Of a DNA stretch of 64,000 nt, positions 1 to 8,620 are shown one piece after another (the first letter of the stretch is position 1; the number at the start of each line of letters is the position of its first letter). The stretch lies in the NCBI GenBank assembly GCA_051251915.1, contig JBPOGF010000012.1, positions 64,001-128,000 of the forward strand, in the 5' to 3' direction. Source of the stretch: Akkermansiaceae bacterium (lineage in GTDB: Bacteria; Verrucomicrobiota; Verrucomicrobiia; Verrucomicrobiales; Akkermansiaceae). The notes under the pieces are model-generated. The model saw nothing but the letters and a program-made list of their open reading frames with translations. It did not search any database and was not told where the DNA came from. A program made the position numbers and the translations under genes.

Positions 1-609
1 AAGTTGTTCTGGTGATGCAGTCAATGGATTCCCCATGAATGACCCCTGAACGGTCAGCATAGAATCTTCAGTTTTTATACCACTTTCCTCCAAGGCTTTC
101 ACCATCCCGAAATCGATCAATTTTAGTGAGTCGATATCATCAGGCCTTTGCAGCATGATGTTAGAAGGCTTAAGATCTCTATGGAGGAAGCCATTCTGAT
201 GAGCCTCAGAAACAGCCTCGAGAATTTGTAATGCTACATTTCTCACCACTGACCATGGCTGGGCTCCATTCGCTAAAGAATATTCCTGTAGATTCCCACC
301 ATCACAATAATCTAACACATAATAAAAAACCCCACCTTCAACACCAAAGTCATGAACCCGCGCTATTTTCGTGGAGCTCAACGAAAAAGTAGCTTTTGCC
401 TCACGTAGAAATCTCTGTTTGACTTGCTCACTATCATTGAACTGATCATTGATAATCTTGAGTGCATAGGCTCCACCTAAGTGCTTATGTTCAGCTTTAT
501 AAGTCGTCCCAAATGCCCCCTTACCAAGTGTCCACAATGCTCCATCCTGCTTGAGTATTCTATAGTTACCCAGCTCAGTATCACCCGCATTATCTGTATT
601 CTTAGTCAT
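1..609 (-). CDS. Ser/Thr protein kinase (Hanks type), 5' part; runs off the left edge of the window
   Basis: Not in ORF track. Manual translation from ATG at 609: MTKNTDNAG...LGKGAFGTTYKA...YALKII...HRDLKPSNIML...IDFGMVK...FMGNPLTASPEQL; open to position 1. Confidence 0.9.
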   Translation of the reverse strand, partial: MTKNTDNAGDTELGNYRILKQDGALWTLGKGAFGTTYKAEHKHLGGAYALKIINDQFNDSEQVKQRFLREAKATFSLSSTKIARVHDFGVEGGVFYYVLDYCDGGNLQEYSLANGAQPWSVVRNVALQILEAVSEAHQNGFLHRDLKPSNIMLQRPDDIDSLKLIDFGMVKALEESGIKTEDSMLTVQGSFMGNPLTASPEQL

Positions 610-666
610 CTAATCTCTGATTATCATCCTTAAGCTTAACTATTATACATACAATATAATTATCAC

Positions 667-3309
667 TCATTTTAGCTTTTTGAGCGCCTTCTTGGCATTT
701 TCATTGCCTCCTACTGCTGCCTTTGTAAACCATTCCTTCGCCTTAATCGCACTTCTTTTACCTACTCCAACTCCATTATAATAACACACCCCTAAATTAT
801 ACTGAGACAATATATGACCCTGCTCAGCTGCCATCGTATACCATTTCACAGCAAGCTTTGAATTCTTCTTAACACCCAAGCCCTTTGTATAAAAAACCCC
901 CATATTATACTGAGATTCTACAATGCCAGCTTCAGCCGCTTTGAGATGTAATTCTACAGCCTTAGAGCTATTTTTTTTTACCACTTTTCCATCAGCATAC
1001 ATATTACCTAGGTCTCGTTGTGCTTCAGGATGACCCTGTTCTGAAGATTTCATATACCACTCCAACGCAGACTTATCACTCTTAATCACACCAATCCCAT
1101 TTTCATAACACTTCCCTAGGTTATGCTGACCTCTAGCATAACCCTGTTCAGCAGACCTGCGTAACCAGCTAACAGCCATCTTAGGATCGCGCTTCACACC
1201 TTTGCCAATAACATAGAGCTTTCCTAAATCACACTGTGATGCAGCATCTCCATTCTCCGCCGCTTCAGTGATCCACCTAACCGCTTCCTTAGGATCCATA
1301 CCTGACTTTATTCCCTCACGGTAGAAATCTCCAAGATGAGGGATAGCACGCTCATTCCCCTGCTCCGCAGACTTACGATACCAGCTCATAGCTTCCTTGA
1401 AGTCTTTCTCCACCCCATATCCCTCCTTATAACATTCAGCGAGATTATACTGCGCACTAGCATAGCCCAGCTCAGCTGATTTACGGTACCAACTCGTTGA
1501 CTGCATTAGATTCTTCTCCACTCCCTCACCCGCATCATACATCCAGCCTAACAAATTCATTGCTATCACATTGTCTCTCTCAGCAGCCTTTTGGAAATTT
1601 TCTAACGCCTTGCCATAATCCTGAGTAACCCCATCGCCGTGATAATACTTTAACCCCAGCTCAAAAAACTTCTCTCTATACAATAGCTTAGCTCCTTCAT
1701 GCCCTTGTGCAGATGCCATCTTATACCAGCCATCGGCTATTTCCTCATTCTGACTAACACCTATTCCCTGTTGATACATTTTACCCAACAAAAACTGAGC
1801 AGCCACATCTCCTCCCCGGGCTCCATCCTCTAACAGATCCAAATCCACTGCCTTGCTAAAATCATCAGGAAAACGTTCCCCACCTTCAGACAGTTGAACT
1901 GCTAGCTGACTATTCTGAGCCACTAAAAAAGCCAATTCACGTTTCTCAGCTGCGCGCTTAGCCAGCTCAGCCTCTTCAGTAAGCCTTTTTTCTTCTACAA
2001 GTAAAGCATCCTGCCTTGCTTGCTCTGCTCGCCTCTCTTGCTCTATCAGTTCATTCCTAGAACTTTTGATATCTAGCACCAGACTGTGTATCTCTGAATC
2101 AACTAGATCTAGAACAGGGTTAACCACATCTGTATTATCAACTGGTACAGCGACATCAACCTCTCCTATATTATCAATTGCAGCCAATTTCGGCTTATCT
2201 TGGACAGGGAAATTTTCACCTCCATTTTGACTGTACCAATACGCACCTGCTCCAATAAGAGCGATGAAAGCTAAACCCATGAAAGCTTTAAGACCATTAC
2301 TTGACGCTTCCGTCTGCCCACCCTCTGCACTTATTGTCCACGCCTTGGTATCCGTCGAACTCCATTTAGGTTTCTGCTTAGACTTTGATTTAAATTTTGA
2401 TTTAGCCCGAGATATCGATGACTGATGAGCATCTTGTAACAATAACTTGAGCTCACTTATATTTTGAAATCTAAGCTCCGGCTGCTGCTGCATCGCCTTG
2501 ATCACCACTTCATCATACTTCACATCAACCTGAGCCTTCAGACTAGGAGGTGCAAAAATACCTTTGGGTAAAGTCCCTGTCAGAAGTTCATAAAGCATCA
2601 CTCCCAACGCATAAATATCTGCGCGGCAATCTACTCCATGCCCCGTAGATTGCTCAGGTGCCATATAGTCGGGAGTGCCCATCACCTGCCCCACTTTTGT
2701 CACCCCATAGTTTGTGTCATTGTTCAGCAGTTTAGCTAAACCAAAGTCCGTCACCTTCACCCGCCCCAACTTATCGATCATGATGTTGGCCGGCTTCACA
2801 TCCCGATGCACAAAGCCACTCTCATGTGCATACTCTAGCGCATCACAAACCTGCATCAAAATCTCCATCGCCCTAGACTCCTCAAGGTCACCTTGTTTAA
2901 TAAGTTCAGACAGATCCAGACCATCAACAAACTCCATCACATAATAAACATGCCCCTCACTAGTCCTCCCGAAATCATAAATCGTCATGATGTTCGGGTG
3001 GTTCAAGCTTGCCATTGCTCGAGCCTCTAAAATAAATCGATCCTCAAACCCCGGCTCCTCACTCACCTCAAGCGGCAATAACTTCAAAGCACAGACACGA
3101 TTCAGATCCCTCTGCGTCACGTTATACACCGCACCCATACCGCCTTTAGCTATCATGCTATCTACCTTATAGCCTGTTACGATGCGCTCTAGTTGGTTCA
3201 CCGCTGGAGGCACCCAGTGGCTTAGGTTCCCACTGCCTGCTTCCGTCAGCATACCACGAGCCATCAGCTCATCTGGTTTTAGTCCTGATAAAACAAACTC
3301 TTCTTTCAT
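667..3309 (-). CDS. Membrane Ser/Thr kinase with C-terminal Sel1-like repeats
   Basis: KGGMGAVY, ALK, HRDVKPAN, DFG, GTPDYMAPE; one TM (FMGLAFIALIGAGAYWY); about 9-10 Sel1 repeats (AQYNLG..Y..G.GV.KD...A..WY.KAAEQG). Confidence 0.93.
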   Translation of the reverse strand: MKEEFVLSGLKPDELMARGMLTEAGSGNLSHWVPPAVNQLERIVTGYKVDSMIAKGGMGAVYNVTQRDLNRVCALKLLPLEVSEEPGFEDRFILEARAMASLNHPNIMTIYDFGRTSEGHVYYVMEFVDGLDLSELIKQGDLEESRAMEILMQVCDALEYAHESGFVHRDVKPANIMIDKLGRVKVTDFGLAKLLNNDTNYGVTKVGQVMGTPDYMAPEQSTGHGVDCRADIYALGVMLYELLTGTLPKGIFAPPSLKAQVDVKYDEVVIKAMQQQPELRFQNISELKLLLQDAHQSSISRAKSKFKSKSKQKPKWSSTDTKAWTISAEGGQTEASSNGLKAFMGLAFIALIGAGAYWYSQNGGENFPVQDKPKLAAIDNIGEVDVAVPVDNTDVVNPVLDLVDSEIHSLVLDIKSSRNELIEQERRAEQARQDALLVEEKRLTEEAELAKRAAEKRELAFLVAQNSQLAVQLSEGGERFPDDFSKAVDLDLLEDGARGGDVAAQFLLGKMYQQGIGVSQNEEIADGWYKMASAQGHEGAKLLYREKFFELGLKYYHGDGVTQDYGKALENFQKAAERDNVIAMNLLGWMYDAGEGVEKNLMQSTSWYRKSAELGYASAQYNLAECYKEGYGVEKDFKEAMSWYRKSAEQGNERAIPHLGDFYREGIKSGMDPKEAVRWITEAAENGDAASQCDLGKLYVIGKGVKRDPKMAVSWLRRSAEQGYARGQHNLGKCYENGIGVIKSDKSALEWYMKSSEQGHPEAQRDLGNMYADGKVVKKNSSKAVELHLKAAEAGIVESQYNMGVFYTKGLGVKKNSKLAVKWYTMAAEQGHILSQYNLGVCYYNGVGVGKRSAIKAKEWFTKAAVGGNENAKKALKKLK

Positions 3310-3411
3310 ACATCTATTATTGCCATATTTAGCAACAAATTACCATAAAAGATCGATTATACGCGAGGTTAATCATTGCCACACACCTAAGAATTTTGAT
3401 AAAATAAATCT

Positions 3412-4230
3412 ATGTTTAATAAATGCCATTTTATAAAACCCTTCATCTCTCTCTCGCTAATTCTAACCTCAATAGGTTCCATTAGCTGCACAGGGATACA
3501 AGGAAATATAAAAGCTCCAGCCTCAACAGCAAAAGCGATTAATCAAAACACCGTCCACCGAAATGGCTGTGGAATTTCCTCACTGATCAATGCATATCGT
3601 TTCGGTTCCCCGAAATGGCAATCTGCTACAAATAAAATTGCAGGCACTACCGATAAAGAACAATTTAACTTCATCGCCAACAACTACGGCAACGTAGCAT
3701 CCAAATACTCACCAGGAACAAGACGATGGGAAAACAGCACCGGCATCAGCTCCATCGACCTCAAAGACCTAGCCAATGACTTCCAAAATAGACAGAACCT
3801 TTCACTACCAAACCTCAAACTCACCACACACTACGTTCAAGCAAACGAACCACACACCGCATTACTGAAGCGAACTCACCGTCAGCTGAAAAGCTCACTT
3901 CGCAGTGGATTCCCTGCTATCTTAAGCATCAAACACCTAGCTGGAAGCAAAGTAGAAGGACACATCGTCGTCCTCTACGAAATACCCGCATCCATTCCAT
4001 CAAGTGCCACTTCATTCCCCATCAAATACGTTGACCCCCTCGGTGGCATTGTGAAATCTGGCTTAATTAGAGTCCCTGGTAATTCATTCTCATCAGTAGA
4101 TTTCTCAACCGGTAGTCTAAAGCTCATCAAGGCGCGCACGCTAAGTATGGACCTCCCCCAGTCAGACATTGCCAAACGCTACCGTAGCACCGGTGACAAC
4201 ATCGTCCTCTCAGCAAGTATCGCACCCTAA
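3412..4230 (+). CDS. Putative lipoprotein with papain/C39-like cysteine peptidase fold
   Basis: Signal peptide ending SISC; candidate catalytic motifs NGCG, GHIVV, YVDP. Confidence 0.6.
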   Translation: MFNKCHFIKPFISLSLILTSIGSISCTGIQGNIKAPASTAKAINQNTVHRNGCGISSLINAYRFGSPKWQSATNKIAGTTDKEQFNFIANNYGNVASKYSPGTRRWENSTGISSIDLKDLANDFQNRQNLSLPNLKLTTHYVQANEPHTALLKRTHRQLKSSLRSGFPAILSIKHLAGSKVEGHIVVLYEIPASIPSSATSFPIKYVDPLGGIVKSGLIRVPGNSFSSVDFSTGSLKLIKARTLSMDLPQSDIAKRYRSTGDNIVLSASIAP

Positions 4231-4241
4231 AAAATACCACC

Positions 4242-5027
4242 TTATTTAGCGAGCGCTAGCTGATGAAGTAAAGCGAGTAATGACGCCCAGCTTTTCTGAT
4301 CGGCTAGCTTATTGTAAGCAGCTCCTTTGCTAGGATCGTTGCCAGCCATTTTCTGCGTAAATGCATGAACTGCATCTGGGTAAGAAATAAACACCAGCTC
4401 CTTGTTGTTAACCATCATTTCGTTCATGAAAGCAGCGAGATCATTCGGCTTAACAAAAGGATCCACCGCACCGTGGTGCACCACTACTTTAGCTTTTATA
4501 TCAGCTCCATCTTTCAAATTCGGAGAATCAAGCCCTCCATGAAAACTCACCACCGTGCTAACATCAGCACCAGCACGAGCCAGCTCGATCACACCAGTGC
4601 CTCCAAAACAATACCCGATCGCCACGATCTTATTCTTATCAATATTTCCAAGCCCCTTTGCTGTTTCTAATCCAGCAAGTAATCGTTGGCGGAATAGCTT
4701 GCGGTCATTTTTATAAATCGTTGCTTGCTGCCCAGCCTCAGCATTATCCTTAGGACGGATTCCCTTACCGTAAATATCAACACAGAAAACATTATTACCC
4801 AGCTTAGCTAGTGCATCTGCACGGTCCTTTTCATACTGAGTAAGCCCCTTCCACTGATGAACAATGACTACCAATGGCTGTTTCACATCTGTAGAAGCAG
4901 TGGCTACATGGTAACCTTCAAGTAGAGTATCACCGTCTTTGTATTCTACTATTTTACGTTCAATAGCTTGAACAGATGATACGAGGGCGAACGCTGCGAC
5001 AATAATGGATGTGAATATAGATTTCAT
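4242..5027 (-). CDS. Dienelactone hydrolase family protein, exported
   Basis: Signal peptide; GYCFGG nucleophile elbow, SFHG, HGAVDP, AVHAFT. Confidence 0.9.
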   Translation of the reverse strand: MKSIFTSIIVAAFALVSSVQAIERKIVEYKDGDTLLEGYHVATASTDVKQPLVVIVHQWKGLTQYEKDRADALAKLGNNVFCVDIYGKGIRPKDNAEAGQQATIYKNDRKLFRQRLLAGLETAKGLGNIDKNKIVAIGYCFGGTGVIELARAGADVSTVVSFHGGLDSPNLKDGADIKAKVVVHHGAVDPFVKPNDLAAFMNEMMVNNKELVFISYPDAVHAFTQKMAGNDPSKGAAYNKLADQKSWASLLALLHQLALAK

Positions 5028-5109
5028 ACCTTCAAACTAGCACATGAAGGCACTTCGTAAAGTGAGAACTAAAAACTACTTTAAATCTGTTGGTGCTCTT
5101 CTTATCGAC

Positions 5110-5143
5110 AAAAAAATTGCACGGTCTAATGCCCGTGCAATTT
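5110..5143 (-). terminator. Intrinsic terminator of the ACIII-oxidase operon
   Basis: AAATTGCACGG/CCGTGCAATTT stem with T-run on the minus strand, just after the coxB stop. Confidence 0.8.
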
Positions 5144-5177
5144 ATTCTAAAATAATGAAATTAATTAACTATCTGAG

Positions 5178-5996
5178 TTACTCCGCACTGCTCGCAAAAG
5201 CTTTTTCAGAATCAGCTTTAGAAGCATCACTGCGCTCCTTGTGGAAGGATGCAAATGACTTTTGAGACTCAACCGTCATAGTCGTAACCATGTTCGCGTG
5301 ACCTGATCCACATAGCTGTCCACAAACGACTGATGTCTCCATCTCTTCATTAGGCGTGAACCACATTGGGATATCCTTACCAGGGAAAGCATCCTGTTGG
5401 ATACGCATTGGGATGATTGAGAAGTTATGGATTACATCAGTAGAAGTCACCTGTAGAATCAATGGTCTGCCCACTGGAATTCTGAGTTTATCAGCAGTGA
5501 AGTCATCCCAACCATTCTTATCGTCTGGCACAATGCATGGATCACCTTTCTTAGAAACGAGTGAGCGATCAATGTAACCAAACTTACCATCTTCTCCAGC
5601 ATAATGGAAATTCCAGTTGAACTGGAAACCAACCGCTCTCACACGAACTGGATTCTCAGAAAGGATACGATCATAGCCATCAGTTCTCTCGCTCCAAAGC
5701 GGGAATGCGAAACCTAATAGAAGTACAGCTTCTACGATCACCACTCCAACCTCAAGGTGAGTAGAAAGATGACTTTCTACTCCATAATAAGAAGCCTTAG
5801 GGTTTTTCTTAGCTCTGAACTTAATCAGCGAAACGATGAAGAAGATAGTCCAACCGATAAAGAGCGCGATCATGAACCAAGTAACCACATCAATCATGTG
5901 ACCAACTGTGTCACCGTGTTGAGAGTAATTCTTAGGTAGTCCCATCCACTCTGCTGGTGAAAAGGCAATTGTGTTGAATATGTTCTGAATAAACAT
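5178..5996 (-). CDS. coxB: Cytochrome c oxidase subunit II (CuA), without fused cytochrome c
   Basis: Two TMs, QFNW, DVIH, CuA motif CGQLCGSGHANM. Confidence 0.93.
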   Translation of the reverse strand: MFIQNIFNTIAFSPAEWMGLPKNYSQHGDTVGHMIDVVTWFMIALFIGWTIFFIVSLIKFRAKKNPKASYYGVESHLSTHLEVGVVIVEAVLLLGFAFPLWSERTDGYDRILSENPVRVRAVGFQFNWNFHYAGEDGKFGYIDRSLVSKKGDPCIVPDDKNGWDDFTADKLRIPVGRPLILQVTSTDVIHNFSIIPMRIQQDAFPGKDIPMWFTPNEEMETSVVCGQLCGSGHANMVTTMTVESQKSFASFHKERSDASKADSEKAFASSAE

Positions 5997-6005
5997 GATA
6001 GTATA

Positions 6006-6251
6006 TTATTTAGTAGAGTTGTTGTCGGTTAGAAATGGGTCGTCATACTGGCTGTCAGCATGTGCTTTCTGGCGCTTAGCAATACGATAAATGAAGAACC
6101 CTACCATCGCTAACATTGGGATAATGATGCAGAGCATGAACATGATAGCCCAGCCGGCAGCGTCTTTCCCACCGTGCTCAAAGGCTCCCCTACATGCTTG
6201 GCAAGCAAGTGTGAGGTTACTAGTAATGTGTTGGATTGATTGAGAGATCAT
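6006..6251 (-). CDS. Small single-TM protein with CxxC (oxidase accessory?)
   Basis: ACQACRG followed by one TM; tightly packed in the operon. Confidence 0.7.
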   Translation of the reverse strand: MISQSIQHITSNLTLACQACRGAFEHGGKDAAGWAIMFMLCIIIPMLAMVGFFIYRIAKRQKAHADSQYDDPFLTDNNSTK

Positions 6252-6253
6252 TT

Positions 6254-6457
6254 TTAACTGAATTTGTTAGCAGATTTTTTATAGAAACTGATTCCGTAAA
6301 TAGGGAGACAGATTGCAGCAAGCGCGCACGAATAGCCCAGGATCTTAAACACTACGTCCTGATTCTCCCGCTCTATATACAACGCCCAGATCGCTACACC
6401 TAGACAGAACAAGGTGACGAAGGAGATGAATAAGATGTGGAATGCGCGTAGTGACAT
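6254..6457 (-). CDS. Small two-TM protein in oxidase operon
   Basis: MSLRAFHILFI..., two hydrophobic helices, 2-bp gap to next gene. Confidence 0.7.
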   Translation of the reverse strand: MSLRAFHILFISFVTLFCLGVAIWALYIERENQDVVFKILGYSCALAAICLPIYGISFYKKSANKFS

Positions 6458-6479
6458 GGTATTTTGAGATAGTAATTTA

Positions 6480-6830
6480 TTATTGAACGACTCCGTCAGG
6501 CATCATTCCCTTAAATGTGATTGGATCTAGGAAGCCAAATGCAAAGAGCAAGATCAAGACTAATCCGAAGAACAAAGCTCCTAGGAAAATCCAGTAGATT
6601 GCCCTCTTCTCGTGGTTAAGGTGCATGAAAATGATCGCTACTAAGCTCGCCTTGAATGTTGCGATGATCAGTCCTATGATAGCATCTACATGATCGAACC
6701 CGTGTTCACCAAAGTCCAGCGCAGGCACAGTGGCTACTGCCACAGTGATACCCGTGAAGATAAATAAGGTTAGCCCGATTAACTTGTAGAGCTTGAGTGA
6801 TTTTTGAATTGCTTCTGGTGAGTCAGCCAT
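6480..6830 (-). CDS. coxD: Cytochrome c oxidase subunit IV family
   Basis: Three TMs, KASLVAIIFMHL signature. Confidence 0.88.
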   Translation of the reverse strand: MADSPEAIQKSLKLYKLIGLTLFIFTGITVAVATVPALDFGEHGFDHVDAIIGLIIATFKASLVAIIFMHLNHEKRAIYWIFLGALFFGLVLILLFAFGFLDPITFKGMMPDGVVQ

Positions 6831-6878
6831 AATGTGAAATTAATGTTGAATTATTTTAAAAATGATAAGTTGCTTCAA

Positions 6879-8579
6879 TTACATGAGGTAGAAGATTGGG
6901 AATGCGAAGATCCAAACCAGATCAACAAAGTGCCAGAACAGACCACCTACTTCTACTCGGTTAGCAAGCCACTCCGGATTAGCAAGATACATCTTACGTC
7001 CAAAGAACAAATAGTAACCGAGAACGAGAGCACCACCAATAACGTGTAAGCCGTGTAGACCTGTGATAGTGAAGTAGATCGCGTAATAGTTATTCATTTT
7101 AGGTGAGAATACTGACTCAAATCTAATGTCGTTTCTTGCTACGTGGAGTAGAGGGAAACTGTCATGGTATTTCTTATGATTAGCTCCTGTAAAGCCATCA
7201 ATCATACCTGGTGTATTTGCTGTTACATTCTCCAAAGTAACTTCTTCACCTTCTTTAATGATAGCCTTGTAGGCTGCCATCTGCTTCCAAGTCATACGAT
7301 ACATCTCAATATCGATAGGAACTCGATTTGACTCGCCATTATCGTCTAAGCCATAATCTGCTGTAAGTTTATCAGTCCAAAGTGCACGCCACTTCTTGTG
7401 CATTGACCAGTAAGTTCTGATTTGCTCAGCACCTTCACTATCACCAAGTTTAGCATACCAGTCTTCAATCATGGTATCGATCTGCTCTTGGCTATACTGA
7501 CGGTCACGAGCCTTCATCACAAGATGTCTGTGATCCACAGCGTCAACATCAATATCCATTCCTGAATCCCCTGCTACACCAAGGATTGCAGTCTTATCTA
7601 GTAGAGAAATGGCTGTTGTGTCACCTTTCTTAGAAGCAGACATTCTACCCCAAGATGGATTGATTTTTATTTCAGCATTATCAACAGCAACCTTCAGCAA
7701 GCCTGAATTGGTAACAATCGTTCCGAAATCTCCGCTTTCAAGAATTCTAGTATTCTCCTCGTTAGCCGCGTCTTTCTTTGGCTGATCATATTGAGTGAGA
7801 TCTTGCACTTTATTGAAACGACCACCTTCATTAGATTTAACATTTTTCCATGCTTGTCTTAGTGATGACTCTTTCACCTGCTCATTGTGCATTCTTGTTT
7901 CAATGAATGACTCCTTAGCTTCAGCAAGAAGGAATCGCAATGAACCTTCACCTTCGCCTTCAAGAGAAATTTTCTCTCCTGCTTTAATAAGTGGTTTTTG
8001 AATAAGCTTGTCGTCTTCGAAAACGTTAATGACGATATCTTTAGCTGCTGTCACATTTGCATCACCAATACGAGCGATAATTTCATCAAGGTATGGACCA
8101 TGATAGCTACCAAGATCAAAGTTGATTTCATTGGCTTCGACTACATACTTGTTACCGCCATGTCCGTCCTTTTCAGGATGAAGATGTCCTTCAACATTAG
8201 TCCAGTCATTATACTGAATGTTTTGGTGATGGAGTTTAGCACTGTATTCAAAGCCTTTCAGCACCATGAAGACAGCTGCGCAGACGATAGTGAATCCCAT
8301 ATAACCTACGAAACCTTTCCAGTTCCTAAGCTTGAGGGAAGCCCAAGCAAATACCACCGTCACAGATGAAGCGATAAGGATGAACGTATTTACAAGTCCA
8401 GGAAGAACAGGCAACACACGCTCTGGCCAAGGATAATCTGCGAAAATACGCAAGAAAATGTATGAGGAGAATAGCCCACCGAAGAGCATCACCTCAGAGG
8501 CCAAAAACAGCCAGATCGCTATTTTAGAGTTATTCAGACCCGTATCTTTACGGGCATTTACGATATATGGGATTTCCAT
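6879..8579 (-). CDS. coxC: Cytochrome c oxidase subunit III with large soluble insertion
   Basis: WLFLASEVMLFGGLF, NTFILIASS, TGLHGLHV, FWHFVDLVW; ~370 hydrophilic residues inserted after TM3. Confidence 0.92.
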   Translation of the reverse strand: MEIPYIVNARKDTGLNNSKIAIWLFLASEVMLFGGLFSSYIFLRIFADYPWPERVLPVLPGLVNTFILIASSVTVVFAWASLKLRNWKGFVGYMGFTIVCAAVFMVLKGFEYSAKLHHQNIQYNDWTNVEGHLHPEKDGHGGNKYVVEANEINFDLGSYHGPYLDEIIARIGDANVTAAKDIVINVFEDDKLIQKPLIKAGEKISLEGEGEGSLRFLLAEAKESFIETRMHNEQVKESSLRQAWKNVKSNEGGRFNKVQDLTQYDQPKKDAANEENTRILESGDFGTIVTNSGLLKVAVDNAEIKINPSWGRMSASKKGDTTAISLLDKTAILGVAGDSGMDIDVDAVDHRHLVMKARDRQYSQEQIDTMIEDWYAKLGDSEGAEQIRTYWSMHKKWRALWTDKLTADYGLDDNGESNRVPIDIEMYRMTWKQMAAYKAIIKEGEEVTLENVTANTPGMIDGFTGANHKKYHDSFPLLHVARNDIRFESVFSPKMNNYYAIYFTITGLHGLHVIGGALVLGYYLFFGRKMYLANPEWLANRVEVGGLFWHFVDLVWIFAFPIFYLM

Positions 8580-8620
8580 GTCTAGTGAATGTTGATTTTA
8601 AAATTGCTTAGTGAATAGAA

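Noticed and set aside
7110..8228. Intein in coxC
   Set aside because: No Cys/Ser start, His-Asn end or LAGLIDADG motif seen
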